A stretch of DNA of 64,000 nt, taken from the NCBI GenBank assembly GCA_963774895.1, contig CAVZGN010000001.1, positions 292,495 to 356,494 of the forward strand, written 5' to 3'. This DNA comes from an uncultured Pseudomonadota bacterium. Its GTDB lineage: Bacteria > Pseudomonadota > Gammaproteobacteria > Natronospirales > REEB76. Of this stretch, positions 19,705-28,621 are shown one piece after another (position 1 is the stretch's first letter; every line of letters begins with the position of its first letter). Position numbers and translations under genes: made by a program. The notes under the pieces were generated by a model. The model was not told where the DNA came from. It worked only from the letters and a program-made list of their open reading frames with translations, and did not search any database.

Positions 19705-20535
19705 ATGAGTTTGATTACGCGTCTTTATTTCTTGCTATGTGCATTGATACCAGTCGCGGTGCATGCAGACGTGCCAAGCGTTATGCAAACAATGCAATTG
19801 GAGATGGGTCTCGGGATAGGTGCTCTCCGTTTCCCGGACTATCCAGGCGCAGATGAGCACCGCACACTACTGTTGCCGTTTCCTTATATCGTTTATCACA
19901 GCCGGTACCTGGATGTGAATCGTGAGCAGGTGCGAGGTAAATTGCTCAGTGGCAAGCGTCTATCCTTGGAGGTGGATTTCGCCGGATCAGTGGCCGTGGA
20001 TTCATCCCGCGACCAAGAACGCCGGGGCATGCCCAATCTAGGCTGGATTGGCGAAGCTGGGCCGGCCTTACGTTATCAGATCTGGAGTAATCACACCGAA
20101 AACATGCATATTTCAGTTGTACTGCCGGTGCGCATAGCGGTAAGCGCTGACGCGCTCAATCTACATTACCGTGGCGAAGTGTTAGAACCACGGCTCGAAT
20201 TGGTAAACGATATCGGCGATGGCGATCGCATCCTAAATCTCAATACCAGCCTGTCGGTACTCTACGGCAGTCGTGACTACTTCCAGTACATCTATGGTGT
20301 GCCTCTACAGTACGCTACAATCGTCCGTCCCGCATATAATGCGCCCGGAGGATACGGTGGGTACCGTATATCGCTGGGCGGAAGTCTTCAGCGCGGCAGC
20401 ATCGTTTATGGTGCGTTCATTGCATACGTGAATTTCAATGGTGCCGCATTCGTCAATAGTCCGCTCGTGAGCCGCGCTCAAGACTCGTCATTCGGAATCA
20501 TGGTTGCTTGGATATTGAAGCGCGGCAACAATTGA
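19705..20535 (+). CDS. MipA/OmpV family outer-membrane protein
   Basis: Signal peptide, G.G....PDYPGA....LP.PY..Y, R.GMP.L....EAGP and SPLV motifs, with a terminal beta-strand. Confidence 0.8.
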   Translation: MSLITRLYFLLCALIPVAVHADVPSVMQTMQLEMGLGIGALRFPDYPGADEHRTLLLPFPYIVYHSRYLDVNREQVRGKLLSGKRLSLEVDFAGSVAVDSSRDQERRGMPNLGWIGEAGPALRYQIWSNHTENMHISVVLPVRIAVSADALNLHYRGEVLEPRLELVNDIGDGDRILNLNTSLSVLYGSRDYFQYIYGVPLQYATIVRPAYNAPGGYGGYRISLGGSLQRGSIVYGAFIAYVNFNGAAFVNSPLVSRAQDSSFGIMVAWILKRGNN

Positions 20536-20649
20536 ATATTGTCACCGGCAGAAGCGATGATGCCAATGCCATTCTAGTGAATAAGGGCGATCTCTTTTTT
20601 TAGATGCATAAATTAGGATGAACACTGTGCTGCAGCCAAGGGAATCTGC

Positions 20650-21855
20650 GTGATCATCAAACCTAAAGTTTGGAATTTTATCTGCACCTCGGCCCATCCG
20701 CTCGGGTGTGAGATGAACGTGCTAGAACAGATCAACGTCACCAAGCGTCTAGGTAAACTATTGGATGGACCTAAGCGTGTGTTGATAATCGGAGCATCCA
20801 CTGGTTATGGCTTGGCTGCCCGAATAACAGCGGCTTTCGGGTTTGGTGCCGCCACCCTTGGGGTGTTTTTAGAGAAGCCAGCCAGGGGCACAAAGACGGC
20901 CAGCGCCGGCTGGTATAACTCGGCGGCATTCGACAAGTTCGCTAAACAAGCTGGATTGCAAAGCAGATCCATCAACGGCGATGCTTTTTCGGATGAGTTA
21001 CGTGCCTGTGCAATCGACTTGATCAAACGCGAGATGAGTGACCAAATCGATCTAGTCGTCTATTCGTTGGCATCTCCTGCACGCCGGCTGCCGGATACAG
21101 GTGATGTCATACATACCTCGCTGAAACCAATCGGTGGAGTTTTTTCTGGTAAATCGATTGATACTGATCGCGACATGCTCATTGATGTTTCTGTTGAACC
21201 GGCGACCGAACAAGAGATCAACGACACCATCGGGGTAATGGGCGGGGATGATTGGGCTCTCTGGATTGAGGCACTGCATAACGCAGGGGTTTTGGCAAAG
21301 AACGCAAAGACCATCGCCTTCAGTTACATCGGGCCAGAAGCTACCTGGCCCATCTATTGGCACGGGACCATTGGCCGCGCAAAACAGCATCTTGAGGATA
21401 CTTCCAGACAGCTTCAAGACAAATTTCGGACCCAGGGTTTAAGTGTGTATGTTGCAATGTTGAAATCCGTGGTCAGCCAGGCGAGCGCGGCTATCCCGCT
21501 CATGCCGCTGTATATCTCGCTCGTATATCGAATCATGAAAGACCGGGGATTCCACGAAGGAAGTATTGGGCAGATGAACCGTTTGTTCCAGGAGTTTCTC
21601 TATCAGAAAGATGGCGACCCACCCAAGACCGATGATCAGGGCCGATTGAGGTTAGATGATCTGGAATTACGTGATGATGTGCAAAAGGCATGCACTGCAG
21701 CTTGGGCGCAAGTCACAAAGGAAAATTTTGTCGATATTACCGACTACTATGGGTATAAGCAGGGGTTCCTACAACTGTTCGGCTTCGCCAGACAAGACGT
21801 TGACTATGAGCTGGATATACCTGTGGATCTAACGTTTGATTGTATCGACCTTTGA
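20650..21855 (+). CDS. fabV: Enoyl-ACP reductase FabV / trans-2-enoyl-CoA reductase
   Basis: Motifs [44 protein letters not shown] and catalytic Y-X8-K ([10 protein letters not shown]). Confidence 0.93.
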   Translation: MIIKPKVWNFICTSAHPLGCEMNVLEQINVTKRLGKLLDGPKRVLIIGASTGYGLAARITAAFGFGAATLGVFLEKPARGTKTASAGWYNSAAFDKFAKQAGLQSRSINGDAFSDELRACAIDLIKREMSDQIDLVVYSLASPARRLPDTGDVIHTSLKPIGGVFSGKSIDTDRDMLIDVSVEPATEQEINDTIGVMGGDDWALWIEALHNAGVLAKNAKTIAFSYIGPEATWPIYWHGTIGRAKQHLEDTSRQLQDKFRTQGLSVYVAMLKSVVSQASAAIPLMPLYISLVYRIMKDRGFHEGSIGQMNRLFQEFLYQKDGDPPKTDDQGRLRLDDLELRDDVQKACTAAWAQVTKENFVDITDYYGYKQGFLQLFGFARQDVDYELDIPVDLTFDCIDL

Positions 21856-21976
21856 AATATTTAACCCCGCTGAGCATGCCTAGTATGGTGATAAACAAAA
21901 TCAGTCTGCCATGAAATATAGCGATCCATTCCCCATCAAGCATGTTAAATTTCCAAATAAATTGTTTAATTGAATT

Positions 21977-22702
21977 ATGCCAACCATGATCCAACTTATG
22001 TTTGCGAGTGCGGGCACTTATACGCACGTTGAGCAGGAGCACGCCCTATCAAGATTACATGCGAGAGAAAGGCTACGTTATGAGAGGTTCTCTAGCATAC
22101 GAAGGAGGCATACCTGGTTAGTGGGACGTACCTTCCTTCTCGATGCACTGCAGCAACAACTGGGGAAATTTAACGCTCAGTCGCTACGTACGGATGGGCA
22201 TGGCGGTATTCGCCTGCTGGGTGAGCCGCATAGGTTGAGCTTGAGCCACTGTCGGGATTTATTTGTCGTAAGCTTGTCACGCATAACCACAGGCGTTGAC
22301 ATTGAGAATCTGCGGTCACGCAAGCTGCTTCAGCATATCCGACAGTTATTTAACCGCAGCGAAACCGACCATTTGAATGGTCTTAAGGAAGCTGAGAGGC
22401 TGGATGCGTTTTATATCTACTGGACGTTGAAAGAAGCGGCTTGTAAGGCGGCGAATATATCAGTATGGGAGGGCTTGCCTAACACATGTTTCGAGTTGGC
22501 CGTAGGCGGATTCAAATCACAGGCGCCATTTCCAAACGGGGATTGGCAATTCATGTCTGCCTATATCGAACCGCATTGGCGCGTAGCGCTAGCCATGCGC
22601 GATGCTAAATGTGCACCCCGAATAGATTGTTGGTGTAAGACAGCAGCCCGGCAATGGTGCAGGCATAAACTTGACCATCAGATATTCTTGCATGGAAAAT
22701 AA
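21977..22702 (+). CDS. Sfp-type 4'-phosphopantetheinyl transferase
   Basis: Motifs LSLSHC, GVDIE and WTLKEAACKA. Confidence 0.87.
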   Translation: MPTMIQLMFASAGTYTHVEQEHALSRLHARERLRYERFSSIRRRHTWLVGRTFLLDALQQQLGKFNAQSLRTDGHGGIRLLGEPHRLSLSHCRDLFVVSLSRITTGVDIENLRSRKLLQHIRQLFNRSETDHLNGLKEAERLDAFYIYWTLKEAACKAANISVWEGLPNTCFELAVGGFKSQAPFPNGDWQFMSAYIEPHWRVALAMRDAKCAPRIDCWCKTAARQWCRHKLDHQIFLHGK

Positions 22703-22723
22703 ACGAAGAGTTGCTATTAATCT

Positions 22724-23599
22724 GTGTGGAAACTGCGATTCCCTATGCATGACCGGCATCATGAGTTAATGGACGCAATCTCATCGCAACACATGCGATT
22801 TCGGTTCATTCGCTGGAACCTGCACTACATTACTCATGCCTATATTATATTCAGTGTTATCGGCATCTTTGTGTTTGACTGGTCTGTGCTTCTCATCGGC
22901 ATACCCGCAGTCCTGCTGGTGCTATTGTTGACTGATGGAATCGCGCGTCCAGGATCTTCGCTTTTTTATCCAACCATCACACACGGACCACGTGGTAGCA
23001 ATCGTATCGCGCTGAGTTTTGATGATGGCCCCGATCCAGACGTCACACCGCAAGTGCTGGATGTGCTGGCGCAAAATGGCACGCGCGCTACATTTTTCGT
23101 CATCGGTAAACGGCTAGACGCATATCCGGAACTGGCAAAACGCATGATCGCAGACGGCCATGTCCTGGGCAATCACTCATGGAGTCACTCACGCTTGCAA
23201 AATTTTTATTTGACGAAGCGACATCTAGCAGAAATTGAGAGTTGTGAACGGGTCATTATGCGTACAACTGGGAGTTCATCGCCGACATTGTATCGGCCGC
23301 CGATTGGTTTAAAGAGTTGGGACCTGGCGCGCGCTGCCGATCGGCATAACCTGACTCTGGTCGCATGGTCGCTGCATAGCTGCGATACTCGCCAGCCTGA
23401 CCCGGGAAAAGTAGCTGGGCGGGTGCTCAGGAAAATATGCGGTGGAGACATCGTGCTGTTGCATGACGGCCATGACCTGCCAGGCCGGCACCGGCCGTAT
23501 TGCGCACCAGCGGTCCAACTGATCCTGCAAGGTTTACGCGCTAAAGGCCTGGAATGTGTCACGATACCGGAATTATTAGGAGTGCATAAAAATGCCTAA
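22724..23599 (+). CDS. Polysaccharide deacetylase (CE4/NodB) with N-terminal TM segments
   Basis: Motifs SFDDGPD, NHSWSH, YRPPIG and LLHDG. The start codon is uncertain. Confidence 0.88.
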   Translation: MWKLRFPMHDRHHELMDAISSQHMRFRFIRWNLHYITHAYIIFSVIGIFVFDWSVLLIGIPAVLLVLLLTDGIARPGSSLFYPTITHGPRGSNRIALSFDDGPDPDVTPQVLDVLAQNGTRATFFVIGKRLDAYPELAKRMIADGHVLGNHSWSHSRLQNFYLTKRHLAEIESCERVIMRTTGSSSPTLYRPPIGLKSWDLARAADRHNLTLVAWSLHSCDTRQPDPGKVAGRVLRKICGGDIVLLHDGHDLPGRHRPYCAPAVQLILQGLRAKGLECVTIPELLGVHKNA

Positions 23600-23764
23600 C
23601 TGTATGATATCTGTGGCCCATACGACCTTTGCCGAGGTATCTGTTCCTGGCTGGTGCTTCGTGGCTATTCGAATCAGAATAAAAATTGTCAATTTTGTGG
23701 CCAAAATGAGGTAAAGTTGCCTCTTCATCGCTTATATAAGAAGCTAACGAGAGAACGATTCAAT

Positions 23765-24016
23765 ATGGTCACTCAGGATATATACCAAACACTTAAAAAT
23801 ACTTTGGTGGAGCAGTTTGATCTGGATCCCGCCAAAATCACTCCGCAAGCGAGGCTATCAGAAGACTTGGATCTCGACAGCATTGATGCCGTGGATATGG
23901 TGCTCAAATTACAGGAAATCACAGGTTGCAAGGTCAGTCCGGATGATTTCAAAGAGGTGCGAACTGTTGGGGATGTACAAAAAGTTATCGAGAAACTCCT
24001 CTCAGAGAATAAATAA
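23765..24016 (+). CDS. Acyl carrier protein (ApeF-like)
   Basis: Sequence EDLDLDSIDAVD...PDDFKEVRTVGDV. Confidence 0.9.
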   Translation: MVTQDIYQTLKNTLVEQFDLDPAKITPQARLSEDLDLDSIDAVDMVLKLQEITGCKVSPDDFKEVRTVGDVQKVIEKLLSENK

Positions 24017-24157
24017 CGCACTGTGTGTTTACAGGCTGCAAGCCGACTTCAGGGGTATTTTGCGATAATCTGGGCTTGGCAGGTCGATGTGTTTGAATAA
24101 ACCAAGAACGAATGTTTTTGTATCCGCAATTATTATTACCCAGCAAGGAGGTTTCGA

Positions 24158-25390
24158 GTGCATCGACGCGTAGTGGTGACCGGTGTAGGTGGCCTGACTG
24201 CGCTTGGACATGATTGGCCTGCGATCAGGAAAAACCTAAAGACGCGGGTCTCAGGTGTGAAATTCATGGACGCCTGGTCGGGATTTAAGGACATAAATAC
24301 CAGGCTGGCTGCGCCAGTCGCGGCCTATGACCTGCCACCTCACTATACCCGCAAGACAACGCGGAGCATGGGACCTGTGGCGCTCATGTCTACACGCGCC
24401 ACGGAAATTGCGCTGGACGATGCTGGGCTGCTTAAAGATCCGATACTGACCTCTGGCCGAACCGGGATCGCCTATGGAGCATGCGCGGGCAGTGCAGCGC
24501 CGGTGATGACTTTCGGGCACATGGCCAGCACCGGAAGCCTGCGCGGTGTGACCTCCAACACTTACATGCAGATGATGAGTCATACCGGAGCCGTGAATAT
24601 CAGCCTATTCTTTGGGATTACCGGACGCATCATTCCCTCCAGCAGTGCTTGCACTTCGGGTAGTCAGGCCATCGGGTTTGCCTATGAGACGATCAAATAC
24701 GGCAAGCAGGTAGCGATGATCGCAGGTGGTGCTGAAGAACTGAGTCTGGGCCCATCTGCGGTGTTTGATACCCTGTTTGCCACCAGCACTCGCAATGATG
24801 CACCGCACACCACGCCTCGTCCTTTCGATCGGGATCGCGATGGTCTGGTTGTAGGTGAAGGCGCTGCGACCCTGATACTTGAGGACTTGGAGCATGCACG
24901 TGGTCGCGGAGCACATATCTATGCAGAAGTCATCGGATTTGGCTGCAATGCTGATGGCTCACACATCACACAACCAAAGACGGGTACCATGGCCGCTGTC
25001 ATGCAGCTGGCTTTAGAGGATGCCGGCATTGCGTCCCAAGCTATCGGGTACGTGAATGCTCATGGAACCGGTACTGACATCGGTGATATTGCTGAATCTA
25101 TCGCTACCCAGCAGGTATTTGGTAAGCGCATACCGATCAGTTCCCTAAAAAGCTATTTTGGACATACGCTTGGGGCCTGCGGCTCACTGGAAGCCTGGAT
25201 AACAATCGAAATGATGCGGGAAGACTGGTTCGCGCCCACCATCAACCTCGAAAACATCGATCCTGAATGCGCAGAACTAGATTACCTTATGGATGGTGGC
25301 CGCAAACTGCAGGTCCAGAATGTAATGAGTAACAATTTTGCATTCGGCGGTATCAATACCAGTTTGATATTCCGCCGTTGGGATGTCTGA
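24158..25390 (+). CDS. Beta-ketoacyl-ACP synthase (ApeR-like FabF family)
   Basis: Motifs SSACTSGSQ, AHGTGT, SYFGHTLGACG and NNFAFGGIN. Confidence 0.92.
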   Translation: MHRRVVVTGVGGLTALGHDWPAIRKNLKTRVSGVKFMDAWSGFKDINTRLAAPVAAYDLPPHYTRKTTRSMGPVALMSTRATEIALDDAGLLKDPILTSGRTGIAYGACAGSAAPVMTFGHMASTGSLRGVTSNTYMQMMSHTGAVNISLFFGITGRIIPSSSACTSGSQAIGFAYETIKYGKQVAMIAGGAEELSLGPSAVFDTLFATSTRNDAPHTTPRPFDRDRDGLVVGEGAATLILEDLEHARGRGAHIYAEVIGFGCNADGSHITQPKTGTMAAVMQLALEDAGIASQAIGYVNAHGTGTDIGDIAESIATQQVFGKRIPISSLKSYFGHTLGACGSLEAWITIEMMREDWFAPTINLENIDPECAELDYLMDGGRKLQVQNVMSNNFAFGGINTSLIFRRWDV

Positions 25391-25456
25391 TAACGGGTTT
25401 ATGCTGGGTATACTTTAGTGTTAATTCAGTGACGCATAGACTCTCCAAAATTACCA

Positions 25457-26947
25457 TTAACGTTTTGCAGATGATCCCAGCAAATGGCCATCGATTATCA
25501 GGCCATAATAGCTGTCATGGCTGTGGTATTTCTTGCGGGTCTCTTCAACATTGCCGGTGAATCGCGGATCCTGAGGGCGTTCGTGGCTAACAACGAATGC
25601 CGCCACATCCCAGGCTTGCTGGTCCGTGAGCGTATCGCCAGCGCCGTACGGCATGTTGGCCTTTATGAAAGCGGCCGCGGTGCTGACACGTTCCATGCCG
25701 GCACCCCAGTTGAAGGATTTTGGGCCCCACAAGGGTGGGAATACCTGTGTACTGTTCGTTTCGCGTCCTTGGCCATCATCGCCATGGCAGAGCGCGCAAT
25801 TAGAAGCAAACACACGTGCACCTCGCTGGACATCCGCTGGCTGTGATGGCGGCGCCAGGTTCGGGTAACCCGCGCCTTTGGGCGTGATGCCAACCGGCAG
25901 GCCGATAGCCAGCCAGTGGAAATAGGTGACCAGCGCTTTCATCTCCGGACTGTCGGCTGCCGGTGGTGTGCCGTTCATACTGTAGCGGAAACAACCCTGG
26001 ATACGTTCTTCCAGGGTATTCACCTTCTGGTTCTTATCACGGTATTTGGGATAGACCACATACGCGGCCCACATGGGGGCCGAATCTGCGCGCCGCCCAT
26101 GATCCATGTGACAACTAGAACAGTTCAGGCTGTCGTCTACATACTTGCCGGTTTCGTGTTGAGTATCTTCAAAGACTTGCATCCCATGCCAGATCATCTC
26201 GCCATCCGGCCCGGATGGAATGGCTGTTTCAGGTGGTGGCACGAAATCATCCGGTGACTGAGGCATATATTTGTACGCTGTATCGTGTGGCGGACGAACT
26301 ATTGTCACTCGTTCATCAGGCTTCAAATGCGATATATAGCCCATAACCGCCTGCAGATCAGCGTCATTCAAGCCTTTGCTCGCACGACTCATTACCATCA
26401 TCGGCAACGATCCACCGGTTACATTCCTGAATATCTGTAGTCGCGCCAGCATGTATTCCGGTGATTGTCCAGCGAAAGCAGGAATACCCGGCGCCACACC
26501 CGCAAGATCCGGCCCGTGACAATCCATGCAGGCGGGCGCGTTCCTGCTCCAGTCGCCTACGGTCACCAACTCATGTCCTCGGGTAAGTTCCGAGACGGAA
26601 ATTGGTCGGTTCGATGGCACAAAGGGTGCTTTGATGCCGCTGAAATAATCTGCGAGATCGGTAATGTCTTTATCGCTCAGGCTCTTGGCTACCGGCTGCA
26701 TGAAGTCATTGACTCGCGTTCCACTGCGAAAATAGCGCAGTTGCTGCTGCAGATAATCGGACGGCTGACCGGCGATGCGTGGATAGATGCCGCCACCCAG
26801 ACCCTGCGGACCATGGCATCCCGCACACACTTGAGCTGCTGCCGGTGCCTTGCGGAACGAAAGAGCAGTATCAGCAGCGCACAGTGGGGTGCTCGTGCCG
26901 GCTGAGGTGATGACTATCAGAAAGGCGATTATCGAGTGCAGTCGCAT
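25457..26947 (-). CDS. tsdA: Tetraheme c-type cytochrome, TsdB-TsdA fusion (thiosulfate dehydrogenase/tetrathionate reductase)
   Basis: Signal peptide and four CxxCH motifs (CAGCH, CMDCH, CSSCH, CALCH). TsdA motifs RIQGCFRYSMNG, PPLWG, SFNWGAGM and FIKANMP. The N-terminal part is a c4-like diheme domain. Confidence 0.85.
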   Translation of the reverse strand: MRLHSIIAFLIVITSAGTSTPLCAADTALSFRKAPAAAQVCAGCHGPQGLGGGIYPRIAGQPSDYLQQQLRYFRSGTRVNDFMQPVAKSLSDKDITDLADYFSGIKAPFVPSNRPISVSELTRGHELVTVGDWSRNAPACMDCHGPDLAGVAPGIPAFAGQSPEYMLARLQIFRNVTGGSLPMMVMSRASKGLNDADLQAVMGYISHLKPDERVTIVRPPHDTAYKYMPQSPDDFVPPPETAIPSGPDGEMIWHGMQVFEDTQHETGKYVDDSLNCSSCHMDHGRRADSAPMWAAYVVYPKYRDKNQKVNTLEERIQGCFRYSMNGTPPAADSPEMKALVTYFHWLAIGLPVGITPKGAGYPNLAPPSQPADVQRGARVFASNCALCHGDDGQGRETNSTQVFPPLWGPKSFNWGAGMERVSTAAAFIKANMPYGAGDTLTDQQAWDVAAFVVSHERPQDPRFTGNVEETRKKYHSHDSYYGLIIDGHLLGSSAKR

Positions 26948-26985
26948 CCCATGATACCTATTGGCAATGATGGTCTATTCGCTGT

Positions 26986-27549
26986 TCACATCGGGATCAA
27001 GGTATAACCTTGTTGTTGCAGAATTATCATTGTGGAGAGGTAGGAGAGAGCGATCTTGACGTCTGGGTTCACCCAGCTGTGTTCGTATTTATCACCTGCC
27101 AGGGCCTGACCGCAAACCGCAAACTCTACGCCAGCGGCTTTCAACTGGCTGATGAGCGCGATGTCAGGATTGTCCACGCCGAATTCTTTGCGATAATGTG
27201 CGTTATCAAGCACAATCGAGACGGCACCGCCGGTGATGATAACCACGAATTTGAGATGTTCTAGGGGCACGCCCGCCGATACGAATACATTGATGGCGCG
27301 CGCCACGTGATCCAGGCCATCATTGATGCTCTTTACATCCTTCGGGTCTTTATTGCCACGGGTAATGCTGAAAACCGCCTTGTAGGTGACATCTTTCTGC
27401 GGCTGGAATGCAGCATCCGGTAATGGGAGCATCTCGCCGGCAGCCTTGATAGCCGGGTTTTGCCAGACGACGGCCGGGGGATCAGCTAAAATGCTGGATG
27501 AGAGAGAAATGCCAATTAAAACAGCAGCTAAGCTTAGATGTCTGAACAT
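26986..27549 (-). CDS. Secreted DsrE/DsrF-like protein
   Basis: GGAG RBS and ATG at 27549. Signal peptide, then VAR.IN, NP...LI..L..AGV.FAVCGQ and QQQGY motifs. Confidence 0.75.
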   Translation of the reverse strand: MFRHLSLAAVLIGISLSSSILADPPAVVWQNPAIKAAGEMLPLPDAAFQPQKDVTYKAVFSITRGNKDPKDVKSINDGLDHVARAINVFVSAGVPLEHLKFVVIITGGAVSIVLDNAHYRKEFGVDNPDIALISQLKAAGVEFAVCGQALAGDKYEHSWVNPDVKIALSYLSTMIILQQQGYTLIPM

Positions 27550-27669
27550 GGCACGACTCCTGACTTGCGGTAGACAGTATCCCGGGGTGGGGGAGTGTCG
27601 AAGTTTAGATGATAATGCAGATAAACACAGCATGACGCGCGCGCGTGCTTTCCATACAGAACTCTTCGG

Positions 27670-28488
27670 GTGTATCGCATGCATGTAAATAACCTGACCG
27701 CACAACTACTGTTGGCAGCCACACTGCTCGGGTTGCCGTGCATGCCAGCCATGAGTGCCGGATCTCCGGCCATAACACCTCAATCGATTAATATCACTCA
27801 TGCCGATGTGCAATATGCACTGGTCAAAGGCCATGCTGTGCTTGGCTATCTAAGCCAACCCGCCAAAAAAGCAAGCGGCGCACCGGGACTCATCCTCATC
27901 CCTATGTGGTGGGGGCTGAATCGGCACATGCGTGATCTGGCCGATCAGTTTGCACGCCAGGGCTATGTGGTCTTGGCCGTGGATCTGTTCAATGGACATA
28001 CCACCCGTGATCGGACCGAGGCTGCACATCTCGCGGATATCGCGGAGGCAAATCCGATTACTACGCTCTCCAATCTGGAGCAGGCCACATCTTATATGAC
28101 CGCCCAGCAGCAGGTGAATAATCTCGGTGTGATCGGCTGGTCCTTCGGCGGTCGCTGGGCATTCCGGATCGCCAGCGATCTACCCCAGGATTTCGATGCG
28201 CTGGCTGTATTTTATGCACCACCTTATACAGAACCCTCGCAACTCGCCGCCCTGCGTATGCCGATACTGGCCTTTTTCGGTGGCCGTGATCCGTTCGTAC
28301 CGGTAGAACTGATTAGTAAATTCCAATGGGCCGCAGGGCTGGCGAGCGCCAGTTTGACGATCCATATCTATCCGGATGCCAGTGCCACATTCGATGATCC
28401 TAATTCCACGGCCTATGAGCAGCGCGATGCAGAAGATGCCTGGCGGCAACTGGATGCATTTCTGGCAAGTAATCTTAAACAAGATTAA
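27670..28488 (+). CDS. Dienelactone hydrolase family protein (secreted, atypical catalytic residues)
   Basis: Motifs WWGLN, GYVVLAVDLF, GVIGWSFGG, FGGRD and A.DAW....FL. Hydrophobic signal peptide. The start may be at 27679. Confidence 0.8.
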   Translation: MYRMHVNNLTAQLLLAATLLGLPCMPAMSAGSPAITPQSINITHADVQYALVKGHAVLGYLSQPAKKASGAPGLILIPMWWGLNRHMRDLADQFARQGYVVLAVDLFNGHTTRDRTEAAHLADIAEANPITTLSNLEQATSYMTAQQQVNNLGVIGWSFGGRWAFRIASDLPQDFDALAVFYAPPYTEPSQLAALRMPILAFFGGRDPFVPVELISKFQWAAGLASASLTIHIYPDASATFDDPNSTAYEQRDAEDAWRQLDAFLASNLKQD

Positions 28489-28621
28489 TACATGCTTGCA
28501 TAAAGTTAGCGCAAGCTTGTGTGTGCAGGCCTGTAATGATTTTATTAACAAAGGGTCAAACCAGATTAATCGAGTTGTTTCAATTGTTGATTGAATACGG
28601 ATTTTCCAACTGGAGAACCTC

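Larger units (their letters stand above)
2620..25390. other. Aryl polyene / xanthomonadin-like type II PKS biosynthetic gene cluster
   Basis: ApeC,D,E,G,H,I,J,K,L,M,N,O,P,Q-like genes lie in canonical order on the minus strand. ApeF- and ApeR-like genes, a halogenase, a PPTase and a methyltransferase lie on the plus strand. Confidence 0.9.
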
